Counted from the first letter of the stretch, positions 38,297-50,509 are shown. The stretch is DNA of 64,000 nt from Octopus sinensis (GCF_006345805.1 NC_043004.1:45322001-45386000), one strand, 5' to 3'. Numbers and translations are program-made. Notes: generated from the sequence alone by a model not told the origin.

Positions 38297-39035
38297 TGAC
38301 TTTGTTATGTCTCCTCATCTAAAGCCACCTTAAACTAATGAATCTAACAAGTGTTTATGGTTCTTAACTTCAGTTATATATCAGTTAATCTAAATCTCTA
38401 TCCTCATGGATGTTAACGACTCAAAAGTGAGTTTCTTAATTCTCTTCTACTTGTTATCTAACTTTCCTTACTAACTAATGTAGTTTACCATGTTCTCTGT
38501 TACCAGCAGTATGTTAAAGGTATCCCATTCACAAAGCTACGAGAGTATGAGAATATCAGCTTTTGAAATTCAGCAGGTTTTGTTCTATCATGTACTTGCA
38601 ACAATTCCATTGAATTTTTATTTTTCTTCAGAAGTTTTTGAATGAATCATTATTTTATCAATAATGAAATTTCCATTATTTCAAAATCCCTTCTACATTA
38701 TTCGTTCTAGATCACTTAATTGCCACAGTGGCCTTCTGCTTTCAATTACTTTGAAATAAAGGATGGTTTGTCTCTATTTCAACATAGTACGTGTGTTCTT
38801 CATAGATACATATATTTGTCAATGTATTATTATAACTATTGATTAACTGATTTTTCATTGTGGCCATCTCACTTCGATAAATTTTAAACAATCCAGTTTT
38901 GTCTCTCTTCCAAAAACCTTTAGATTTATACCATATTGTAATATAGCTATTGATCTGATAAATTTTAGGTTATCCCTATCTTGTATTTTTATTCTCAAAT
39001 CTCTGTGAAACTTTACATGCATGCCTATATATATA

Positions 39036-39069
<34 letters not shown>

Positions 39070-39962
39070 CATACACATGTATGTATGTGTGTATAAGTAG
39101 GTATTGTGCATGATTACAATGGTGTTTCATTGTAACCCTTCTTTGAATAAATTGTAATAGAATTAGTTGTGATCATTGAACAGTCCCTGACAACACTAAT
39201 TGTAAAGCCAGTCTTACAGCACAAAATTAACCAATGAAAAAGCTGTTTGAATGGCATTCTACATATGGCCTTCCCAGCTTTATTCTCTAATAATCTTTTT
39301 TTTCTGGTTTCAGCCATTGAACTGCAGCTATGCTAGGACACTGCTCTTCAGTGAGATTTTATTGATCCCAGTGACCCTAGTTTTTATTTCAGTTTATTAT
39401 AAATTCTACCAATCAATATTTTATTGATTGGCCAAGTTAACATTTTGACACATTTTTGTTTTCAAAATAACAGTACAGTGTCAAACACACAAACTCAAAC
39501 ACAGATCCATAAATGTATAAAGGGGTTGAATTTGTGGGTGTAAGTATAGATATATAAGCATGTGTGCATTAACATAAACATACAGTCACAAGACAGGCTT
39601 CTGCACAATATCCACATCCCAAATTGTGCACACAAATATATTAAATACCGTGTTAGAAAAGAATTGGCAGCAATATCCCTTAAGTTTGTTGGGCAACTAA
39701 ATATAATTTTTTTTTCTTTCCTTCATTATTATTAGGGTGCTTAGTGACTGGCAAATTGTATTCTGCAGTTAAAGACAGCTAAAATAGTGTAAAAATGTTA
39801 TACCAACTATGTCTGAGAGTTGGATCTGCAGGCATTCTGGAGTATAATGAGTGATGCAGTCACTTAGTCAGTGATAAGTGATAGGTTTGTGATTCAAAGC
39901 CCTTCTAAAACTTGTTGCTGTTTCTATTTCAGACAGGTATTTATAATGTCACTTCTTATTAA

Positions 39963-40166
39963 TTCTTTTGTTACTTTATTTCTGCTGCCTTTGTTTCAAT
40001 TAATCTCAAAAATAATGAAAAATTTTGTGAAATAACTATATCATTATTAATCTGTTGGAACATAAATTACCCCAAAATTTTGATGGAATCTTTATATTCA
40101 GATTACTTTAAAACAGTCTGTATCATAGAACCAGGGGTAGTGCCAGGCAGGTTGATATCAAAAGAG
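39963..40166. mobile_element. piggyBac-type MITE (P1), opposite orientation to 33921-34142
   Basis: TTAA at 39959-39962 and 40167-40170, with degenerate TIRs ttcttttgttac / gatatcaaaagag. Confidence 0.75.
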
Positions 40167-41121
40167 TTAAGGTTGTCAGTGTTAAATCCACATGTTGAAT
40201 TGTATGCGTCAATCAACTTTCTGAAAATGAAATATAATTGCTTGTAATCAATTTTGAATATCAGGGAAGCTTTTTAATTTTTTTTGCTCCCTCCATTTTC
40301 AAAAATGCATATATGCATATGTATTTATATTTATAGCTTGACAATTTCATACTGGGGTTAGGATAAAAAGACGCTTTGAAAATTCTTTTGAATATTAGTG
40401 AGCATGCATAGCATCAAAGAGCAATTTTTTTTTCCTTCTTTTGTGCATCATCTTCAACAAACCTCAATGGTCACCTAAGTTCATCTGTTGATGACCTTCC
40501 AGTTTCTGAGTGCAAGCTTTGGGCAAATCAGTAGAACATAGTAATTATTGACGTATATGGACATTGTAGCCTGAGAGGATTTTTCAGTTTAATCTCTCCT
40601 ATTGTATATTGGCTCACCATCATATCTTGCAAACACCAAGAGATATGTTGGCAGCTTCTCCTAAATGTCTGATTAAATAGTTCTTGTGTGTGTGAGTCTA
40701 AATGTGATGTATACTGTGTGTTTTCGGTGTACACATATATGTGTGTTTGTATGTAGGTGTGTTCCAGTGTGATGATGTACTTGAAGAGGCAGATACGTAT
40801 ATCAACAGTACTTCCAATGAATTGCCATCATCTGTCTTATTCTGGCAACAGCCCTTTGCAAATAAATCAAATACACATACACACACTCTCACATTCACAT
40901 GTAGACACACAAACCTGCAGCACAACATACAAATACCGCTCACAAATACACACTCACACCTTCAAGATATACAATGTGCAAGCACATCACTCACTCATAT
41001 CTTTCTGTCTGTCTCTCTCTTTCTCTCATGGTCTGTGTTAAGTAAAAGTGGCAGAAGGAATGACAAATTTAACTTTGTTGCAATCATTCATTAGGTGTGT
41101 GTGTGTGTGTATGTGTTTGCT

Positions 41122-41500
41122 GTGTGTGGTAGTGTGGTTATGGAGTACACTTCTGAACTGCATTGTTTTGGGTTCAATTTCACTGCTTGCACAGCACCAC
41201 AAGCATCTGACTTCAGCTATAGTCAGCCAACCAGTCTTGTGAGGGGGTTTAGTAGATGGACCTGAAAGAAGTCGATCATAAATGGATAAGTATATGTATT
41301 AGCTACGGCGGTACATATTCTAAAATTGGAACGATACAGAGAAGATTAGTATGGCCCCTGCGCAAGGATGACACGCAAATTCGTGAAGTGTTCCATATTT
41401 ATGTAGTGGTACACCTGAGCACTGTATACAATAATTTCATTCATTATTATGTATGTGAGAGAGTGAGAATGTTTGTGCATGTTTGTGTCTCTTTGTCTTG
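41122..41500 (+). mobile_element. Old family A SINE hosting the U6 insertion
   Basis: Degenerate head and body (gggttcaatttc, cttgtgag, tagtagatggacctgaaagaag) up to about 41292. It resumes as gtgtttgtg-type sequence after about 41455. Confidence 0.55.
41296..41400 (+). pseudogene. U6: U6 spliceosomal snRNA retrocopy (near full length)
   Basis: ctaaaattggaacgatacagagaagattagtatggcccctgcgcaaggatgacacgcaaattcgtgaagtgttccatattt matches metazoan U6, with the ACAGAGA box at 41336-41342. The AGC triad reads AGT (41348-41350), only three terminal T are present, and the upstream sequence is SINE rather than PSE/TATA. Confidence 0.9.
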
Positions 41501-41663
41501 ACATATTGTGATTGCTGTAAATATATGCCATTCATGAAATACATTGGGATTACTTATCTCAAACAATCTAAGGTGTTCCTTACACTTAATGTGGTTAGCC
41601 ATAACTTCAATTATAATTGAGTGCTTCAAATGTAGCCACCTGGCTATATTATCCCTATCTATC

Positions 41664-41722
<59 letters not shown>

Positions 41723-42226
41723 ATACACTCATGTTTTGAGTTCTATTTTTCTGTTTCCATCGTGTGTGTGTGTGTGCGTGTGTGTGTGCATGCACGTTTC
41801 ATGTTCTGTTGTATCTCTTCATTATTAATGTTAATCATTTTGATGTTATTTTAATTTCATAATTCACTTATTCTACTTTCTACACATACACCTCACTGTC
41901 ACCCTACCCTCTGTTCAACATGAAACTCCCATGACCAGTCATTTGATCCCTTACCATTTTTTGCTTTAATTGTTAATAGCCTCACAACTTCAGTATTTCC
42001 AATGCACTACTATTACTACTACTACTACTTGTCTGTTTTTCCCTTTATTTTCTTTTTGTTATTATTATAGACACTTAGTTTCCAGATGTGTATTTTTGTT
42101 CAAAAAGAGAATTGTAAAGTCAGCATCTTCTCCTCCTCAGGTGGTAGTAATACCTAAACATACAGAGACAAAAGTTACATATAATTTATTATATATAATA
42201 TCCATACATGTGAATGTGTGTGTATA

Positions 42227-42636
42227 AGTGCAGGAGTGACTGTGGGTAAGAAGTTTGCTTCCCAACCACATGGTTCCGGGTTCAGTCCCCCTGTGTGGCA
42301 CTTTGGGGAAATGTCTTCTATAACCTCAGGCCGATCAAAGCCTTGTGAGTGGATTTGGTAGACAGAAACTGAAAGAAGCCTGCCATATGTATGTATGCAT
42401 GTATCTGTGTGTGTCTTTGTGTCTGTGGTTGTCTCCCATCACCATTTGACAACCAGTGTTGATGTGTTTACATCCCTGTAACATAGCAGTTCAGGAAAAG
42501 AGACTGATAGAATAAGTACTAAGCTCAAAAACTAAGTCCTGGGGTTGATTTGTTTGATTAAAAACCCTTCCAGGCAGTGCTCCAAAATGGTCGCAGTAAA
42601 ATGATTGAAACAAATAAAAGAAGAAAAGAATAAAGT
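42227..42636 (+). mobile_element. Intermediate-age family A SINE
   Basis: agtgcaggagtgactgtgggtaag ... ccgggttcagtcccc ... attgaaacaaataaaagaag tail. Confidence 0.88.
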
Positions 42637-42965
42637 AAAACATATCAGAGAATTTTATGTTGTGCCTTAGGACTAAGCTTCATCATCATCCTCGGTTTAA
42701 TATTCACTATTCTATGCTCCCATGGGTTGGACAGAATTTCATTGAAGCAGATTTTCTGCCACTGGCTACCTTCTCTGTCACCAACCCTCATTTGTTTCCA
42801 GGTGAGGTAGTATTTCCCCATAACCTGATGTGGTTTTTATGGAAGGTTGAAAATTAAGGACACTGCTTGGATGATGGTAATGCTCATTTATGTCAAGGCT
42901 CATTTATGTCACGTGATGTCAAGGCAAGAAAACAGCAGCACACGGATGCATGAATACATGTATAC

Positions 42966-43090
42966 ATCTATCTATCTATCCGCTCAGTCGAAGTCGACTC
43001 TCGGTTACTCGTCGGATCAGTGTCCTCCAGTCAGTTCTATCCTGGGCCGCTTCTTTCAGGTTGGCTATGTCCATTCCGGTATCACTCTTG
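42966..43090 (-). mobile_element. RTE-BovB-like LINE 3' end
   Basis: Minus translation KSDTGMDIANLKEAAQDRTDWRTLIRRVTESRLRLSG* (stop 42976-42978) with an (ATAG)n tail. It matches the BovB-type DRxxWRxxxxxVxxSRxRL terminus. Confidence 0.8.
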
Positions 43091-44773
43091 GGCTCTTTTA
43101 ATTTCCATTTACTAAATCCACTCATAAGGTTTTGGTTGAATCTTCAGTTAATATGAAAATGCAAAACAATATAAACAATGGAAAGCCACATTCATAGTTG
43201 AATCTGCTAGAATGTGTGAAGAATAGATGTACACTTCATGAATTGTTTAGTTTTCTATAAGTATGTTATGGTCATCGTCACCCTCATTTAATGTCCACTC
43301 TTTCATATGTATGTGGGTTACATGAAATATGCTGAAGTAGATTTTCTTTGGATGCTTGCTCTTCCTGTCACCATCCCTCACCTGTCTCCAAGTGAGGTCA
43401 TATTTTTTTTCCTGGCTAAACATGCGTTACACGGAAGAGGAGAGAGGAATAACCTTATTTGTGTGACAAAGATGCTCAAATCTGACCTTGTCTAGACAAG
43501 GACGGACATGGGGACTCACACACAAGCATTATATATATGATGGGTTTTTTTCAGTTTCCATCTATCAAATCCACTCACAAGGTTTTGGTCTGTCAGGGGT
43601 TTTAGTAGAAGACTCTTGCTCAGCATGCCAGGAAGCAAGCTTCTTAACCTCATAGCCATACCTGCACCTCTACTCCACTTATATCTTCAGAACACAACAT
43701 TCAATATCATTTTGAGAAGTTGTGCAAATTATCTTCAATTACTTCAATCAGTTACTTTAAGTGACCTTAAAGTACCACAAGAATAGAAAGATAGTGTACT
43801 TAGATATAGCATGAATTGAATTTTAAAAGTGTGTCTCACTGAATAAAATAACGTCCAAAATTAAATCTGGCATTCTCATCTTTTGGCATCCATCTTCCCA
43901 CTGCTTTCAGTTGTACAAATAATTACCATGATGGTTTGACACATTGGCACAAGGCCATTGACTATCATAGATTCAAATGAATATAGTTAATTGAATCAAG
44001 CCTAGTATATGATTCAATGACAGAGTAATGATTTCTTATATTGATACAAATATCTACTGGTGAGTAAGAACTGATAAATTGATTCAGTATTTTCACTGGT
44101 AGTTATTTCATCAATGATACTGAAACAAACTTTGAGCAACAAAACAAAACAAACTGCTGATATTCTCTGACAAATCATATATGTCCACATCTCTTAAATG
44201 CTCACACACACACACTATGTTTGAATGGAGTAGAAACATGATTTAAAAGTAGTCAATGCACACATGTTGTGTGTGTTTGTGTGTGTATGGTACCACTTAA
44301 AATGCTCCAGTGCTGGTGCTGCGTAAATGTACCCATACCGGTGGCAAGTGGAAATCACCCAGCACACTCTGTGAAGTGGTTGGCATTAGGAAGGGCATCT
44401 AACCATAGAAACCATGCCACAGCAGACAGTTGTAGTCTGGATAGCTCTCTGCTAGCCAGCTCCATGTCTAACCACCAAACCCATGCCAACATGGAAAGTA
44501 GACATTAAACAATGATGATGATGATTATGATGATATATTCCTGTTGCAAGCTGAGACTAGTGTTTCATTGTAGCTAGTAGTTTCGTGATTATGGCTATCA
44601 CATAATGAGGTAAAAGGCACTGATAATGTATACTTAAATCTATGTTTTCCAGATTTTCAAAAAAGAATATGAGAATTTGGTAGAATGTATGTTGTTGTGG
44701 CACCTTGAAGTTTTAAATTTTTAAATGTTGACTGGTACCAAGGTTATGAACAGATGTTAAGGTAAACAAACAG

Positions 44774-45830
44774 TGTAGGACTATAATGGCCAGGAAAGGG
44801 CTATGGTTTGAGTTCTGATGTACATTATACTATTACTATTTACTATTTCACTTCTTTCAGTCATTTGACTGTGGCCATGCTGGATAACCGCCTCTAGTCG
44901 AGCAAATCGATCCAGAACTTATTCTTTGTAAGCCTAGTACTTATTCTATCGGTTGCTTTTGCTGAACTGCTAAGTCACGGTGACGTAAATACACCAGCAT
45001 CGGTTGTCAAGCGATGTTGTGGGGTGGACAAACACAGACACACAAACATATACACACACACACACATATATATATATACATATATACGACGGGCTTCTTT
45101 CAGTTTCCATCTACCAAAATCCACTCACAAGGCTTTGGTCGGCCCGAGGCTATAGTAGAAGACACTTGCCCAAGGTGCCACGCAATGGGACTGAACCCGG
45201 AACCATGTGGTTGGTAAACAAGCTACTTACCACACAGCCACTCCTACGCCTATGTACACTAAATTCATTGCCAAACTCATTGCTAATTTTGTTAATTGCA
45301 CCTCTTATACATGACTTCTATGACATTCATCAGCCATTTGCCTACCCTTAGGTTTCTTCATGATTACAGAGAATGGTATCCAGTCAAAGATTTCTGGGTC
45401 AACAAGTGCTGGGTTTAGGGGCTTACTCTTGAATAAACAAGCTTCCCAATGTTTGTCTCATTAGGAAGATAAGTTAGTCTTCCTTTCTTATATAAATTCA
45501 AATGGCATCACATCTTGACTAATTCTCTTCCTAACGATTTGTGCAATGAACAGTTTGGAACTTTCGTAACCTGATTCAACATTTTGATGCATCTGTAATT
45601 GCCTCCATCTTGTGCATCTGTACTCTTACAGCTGTTAACAATTATGTTGCAACACTAGGCATTGGGTATATGATATTTTCTTGTATTATGTGATCAATCT
45701 TGCTAGTGACTAGCCTGTACATTACTCTGCCAGATATTTTAAGCATCTTAGTCGTAAATCCTGATACACCAACTCCCTTCTTAGCTTCCATATCCTCTTC
45801 GCTTACTACCAAATACTTGGACCCTTCATT
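44774..45830 (-). mobile_element. Degraded RTE reverse-transcriptase fragment interrupted by a SINE
   Basis: Frameshifted minus motifs EGPSI / GVSGFTTKMLKISG / IIVNSCK..GGNYRCIKML / IFLMRQ / ALVDPEIFDWIP / WLMNVIEVMY / NEFSV, then after the SINE VHQNSNHSPFLAIIVL. This is the RTE order NYRGIxLL...AFVDxEKAFD...GVxQGxxLSP. Confidence 0.8.
44825..45251 (-). mobile_element. Full-length young family A SINE
   Basis: Complete head to tail, with an apparent 7-bp TSD atgtaca at 44818-44824 and 45252-45258. Confidence 0.93.
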
Positions 45831-45922
45831 GTATTCCCCCCTCTCTTTCTGTCTCTCTCTCCATATATATAAATTGTGTGAAGGTACATTTAAAGTTTAA
45901 ATACGTGAAGCATATATATATT

Positions 45923-46325
45923 CTCTTTTAGTCTTTTACTTGTTTCAGCCATTTTGACTATGGCCATGCTGGAGCACCGCGTTTAGTCGAGCAAATCGAC
46001 CCCGGGACTTATTCTTTGTAAGCCCAGTGCTTATTCTATCGGTCCCTTTTGCCGAACCGCTAAGTGACGGGGACGTAAACACACCAGCATCGGTTGTCAA
46101 GCAATGCTAGGGGGTTAAACACAGACACACAAACACTCACATATACATATATATATATATACATATATACGACAGGCTTCTTTCAGTTTCCGTCTACCAA
46201 ATCCACTCATAAGGTATTGGTCGGCCCGGGGCTATAGCAGAAGACACTTGCCCAAGTTGCCACGCAGTGGGACTGAACCCGGAACCATATGGTTGGTTAG
46301 CAAGCTACTTACCACACAGCCACTC
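45923..46325 (-). mobile_element. Young family A SINE
   Basis: Near-identical to 8019-8432. Its head abuts a (TA)n array. Confidence 0.93.
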
Positions 46326-46326
<1 letters not shown>

Positions 46327-46365
<39 letters not shown>

Positions 46366-46749
46366 GATGAATAGATATCTGTATTTATTTATTTATTTAT
46401 TTATTCATTTATTTATTTATTTATTTGTGTGTGTGTGCGCACGAGTATATATATAAAAACACAAACACATCTATTTGCATATTATACATGTATATATATA
46501 TATTTATCTGTATATTTATACATGTATATTTTTGTATGTATATTTACGTGCATGCTTTTATTTGTCCATCTGTATGTGTGTATGTATATATATATATGTG
46601 TGTGTACATATATAATCACGTGTATAATAGATTTATTTATTGACACACAGACGCCTATATATATATAAATGATGCATGAATGTATCTTATATATGTGTAT
46701 AAATATATATATATATACATATATACATATATATATAATATATATATAC

Positions 46750-46785
<36 letters not shown>

Positions 46786-46961
46786 CATACATATACATAT
46801 ATACATATATACATACATATATATATATATACATATATATATATACATACATACATATATATATACATATATACATACATATATATATATATATATACAT
46901 ATATATATACATACATATATATATATATAATATATACATATATATATAATACATACATATG

Positions 46962-46997
<36 letters not shown>

Positions 46998-47085
46998 ATA
47001 TATATATACATACATATGTATATATATACATATATATACATATATATATGTATATGTATATATATACATACATATGTATATATAT

Positions 47086-47139
<54 letters not shown>

Positions 47140-47160
47140 ATACATATACACACAAACCAC
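46327..47160. repeat. About 830-bp compound (TA)n/(TACA)n/(TTTA)n array
   Basis: Directly visible. It is the source of eight IY/MY-rich ORF calls, including the 226-aa one. Confidence 0.95.
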
Positions 47161-48389
47161 AAACATATGCATATTCTCTAATATACTTGCACTCTCTTGC
47201 AGAAGTATCTGTTAGAAATATAGAAGAGAGCTTTCCTGTTGTAGCAGTTGAAATCGGCTTTGCCTGTCTTTTCTCAGTTGCCCTTCTGCATAATTTACAC
47301 CCCCAGCAACAACAGCTGGTGGCTCACTCATTGTAACTGTGCATGTCATTGCATATTTATTCTGCGCTATTCACTCGGCCAAACTCTCCGCATCTGTTTA
47401 TATTCAATATGCTACAGGTGATCTGCAATTCGATATAACATGAATGGTGTGTCACTGCACACCTGAGTGATCATCTCTGCTGCATTTGTTGTTGTTGGTA
47501 GTGGTAGTTGCTCTCCCTCCCCCCTCTCTCCCTTCCGCCCCCTCCCTCTTTCTGTTTCTGTGCCTTCTCTTCTTGCTCTCTCTCTCTCTCTCTCCTTCTG
47601 TTTCTGTGTATCTTCGTTTCTTTTTTCTGTCCCACCACCTTACATATGGAAGCATATGCATATGAAACCAACGTGGTCATTCATGCATTGAAAAAAGAAA
47701 TGCATAAAAACACTGGATGAAGTGCTACTGGTCGTGCAACTAGTGATAGGGTTAGGTTTAGGGTGATGGTGCTTGTTCATAAAGTGGTGGCAGATGTGTT
47801 GGTGCTAGTTTATGAAGGGGTTGTGGTTGTGGTGGTGGGGGTTCATAAGGCATTGGTGATGGTGCTGCTGCTGGTAGTAGCAATCCATTCGGTAGGGGTG
47901 CTAGTGGTTTATACAATGTTGAAAGTAATTCATAATACAGAATCATTGATGTTGTTCATAGTAATGATGGAGGTTGTACAAGTAGCAGTAAAAGGTGGTA
48001 GTCACAGCAGTGTTGTTAGTGTGTATGTGTGTGTCTGTGGAGGGGGCATTACTAGTGCTGGTATTATTGATGGTAGTGGTTATGCTATCGATAATTTGTA
48101 GTAATGTTATTATTGGTGTCAGTGATGGTGGTGGTGGTGGTGGTGTGTAACCCTCGGTCCCTCCTAATTGAGAATATATATGATCAAAGTGATGATCATC
48201 ACATCTTTCTTTGTTAGATATTTCGGACCATATTTACATAAACATTTTTCCTAATTCATGTTGTTAGGTCTGATTTGAAAGAGTCTTTGTTGCTATTTTT
48301 TGCAGTTCCTGCGACCACATAGAGACTTCTTTAGTTGTTCATGTGTGGTATGAATGGAAATAGTAGAGATGGTATTGTTTGTGATAGTA

Positions 48390-48621
48390 AAGGTGGCGAG
48401 CTGGCAGAAACGTTAGCATGCCGGGCGAAATGCCTAGCAGTATTTCGTCTGCGTTACGTTGTGAGTTCAAATTCCGCCGAGGTCGACTTTGCCTTTCATC
48501 CTTTCGGGGTCGATAAATTAAGTACCAGTTATGCACTGGGGTCAATGTAATCGACTTAATACCTATGTCTGTCCTTGTTTGTCCCCTCTGTGTTTAGCCC
48601 CTTGTGGGTAATAAAGAAATA
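48390..48621 (+). mobile_element. Young family B SINE
   Basis: 19-bp TSD ggtattgtttgtgatagta at 48371-48389 and 48622-48640. Confidence 0.93.
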
Positions 48622-48989
48622 GGTATTGTTTGTGATAGTAGTGGTGACATCAACGATTATAATAACGGTGATGATAACAGATATTTTTATGCTGTTAATT
48701 TCTTGGTGTAAAAGAGTGGTAGAGTTGGCAACACATTTAAGTATTAGACAAACGCCTTGTGATGTTTCTTCTGGCTCTTTAGATTCTGAGTTCGAATCTC
48801 ACTGAGGTTAACTTTACCTTCTATTCTTCCAGAATCAATAAAATGATGTACCAGTCAAGTGCTAGAATTAATATAATCAACTGCACCCCTCCCCTCCTTG
48901 TCACTCAAACTTATGTCTTGTGCCTATATTGATAACAGTCACTGGTACTTTCTGAGTGTAAACTGTTTATTGAAATATAAACCAAATTA

Positions 48990-49200
48990 TACTCTTACTC
49001 TTTACTCTTTTACTTGTTTCAGCCATTTGACTGTGGCCATGCTGGAGCACTGCCTTTAATCGAGCAACTCGACCCCGGGACTTATTCTATCGGTCTCTTT
49101 TGCCGAACAGCTAAGTAACGGGAACATAAACACACCAGCATCGGTTGTCAAGCAATGCTAGGGGGACAAACACACACACATGAACATACATGCACACACA
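48990..49200 (-). mobile_element. 3' half of a family A SINE with a 22-nt repeat-mediated deletion
   Basis: The two acttattct copies seen in other A elements are collapsed to one (49080-49088). Confidence 0.88.
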
Positions 49201-49440
49201 CTCTTCAACATCGTGCCAGACACACATAAAGGAGGAAAGTGACTTCACAGCATTCAAATAATCTCTTAATGATTACCCACAACAAATACCAGATAAACCG
49301 CCCACGCCCAGATATGTCTCTAAAAACAATGACCCTTGGCTTGAACAGGCTACAGTTCCCCAGAGCTGACTGTGTATTGTATTAAATTGGACATGACCTG
49401 AGTCAACTTCAGCCGAAACTTATCTAAGTAAACTAATCTA
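49201..49440 (+). mobile_element. Second CR1/L2-type 3' relic, related to 34429-35065
   Basis: FNIVP..HIKEESDFTAFK*SLNDYPQQIPDKPPTPRY aligns to FNLIPKHIKEEKDFITFKKFLDEYLQQIPDKPPT. It ends gccgaaacttatctaagta. Confidence 0.8.
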
Positions 49441-50509
49441 TGCTGTAAACTTTTAATTAAAGCATGACAATATGGGTAGAGGCTGATATCTTAACATTTC
49501 TGATAGTCTTAAGTATAAAAAAAAATTATGCAAGATTTATATAGAACTACATTCAAAGTATGTATATAAGCTATTGTGTTTAGACCTGGTTTCTATCCTC
49601 AAACTGTTCCATTTTGTAGATGCAATTTAAATTTTTTTTTGTTTGATAAAGCACTCCGAAATTAGAAAAATCAAAAATCAACAACAATCTTGGTCCCATA
49701 AGTATCAGATAATGGATTTTCAACTGTGCCAAGAAACTGATCCTGGTGATCGTAGTTTTGAGGGTGATTGTGGTGAAAGCAGAGACAGTGTTGATGATGA
49801 TGATGAAGGTCAAGATAAGTATGGGAAGAGGATAAAATAGTATCGGTGGTTATAACGGCAACAGGAGCGGTGTTATGTGTGATGCTGAGGTGATGGTGGT
49901 AATAGTGGTGTTGATGATAGTGTTAGTTGTGTGATGGTGGTATTGTAGTGGTTATACTTGTTGTGATGGTGAAAGTGACTCTCAGGGTAACTGTCATGAT
50001 AACATTGGTGGAAGTGTATGTGGTTGAAGTGGAAGCAATAACAATGCTGTTGATGATGTTGGTGGTTTTGTGGTGGTGGTGATGGTCATCGTCGGTGTAG
50101 TGCTGCTCCTGCTGGTCTGCGATCTCTGAGTGCTTTTCTAGTTGCCTCTGTTTTCCATGCTGACACGGGTCCTCACAGTCCATGTCATCTTTTTGGAGCG
50201 GCTGCTTCCAGGGACTGATGCTTGCACATATCATTCAGCTTAGCTCCTATAGCTGAATACCCTTGCTACCAACTACTTTACAATATACTTCGTACATTTT
50301 TTGTAGTGACAATACAAGAGTAATGGGACCTCAGACCCCTATGCATTTTGTACTTAATTTGCAAATCACTTCACTGAGTGGATGTCATAACACCAACACT
50401 CTCTTTTTCTCCCCCCCCCTCGTTCTCCATACATACTCACACTTACATGTTATTTGTATCCCATGCCATCAAAGTAAGATGTTGATAAACTGAACCTGGT
50501 TGGCAAGGG

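Noticed and set aside
41296-41400. Functional U6 gene
   Set aside because: There is no PSE/TATA context, the AGC triad is mutated, there is no oligo-T terminator of four or more T, and it is embedded in a SINE.
44581-44686. Two adjacent plus-strand exon candidates (FRDYGYHIM; IFKKEYENLVE)
   Set aside because: The implied intron is only 43 nt and the phases are incompatible.
46425-47336. Long ORFs of 79-226 aa (also 7169-7573, 13290-13856, 54949-55437, 62632-63151)
   Set aside because: They are translations of (TA/TG/CA)n microsatellites, which lack stop codons in several frames.
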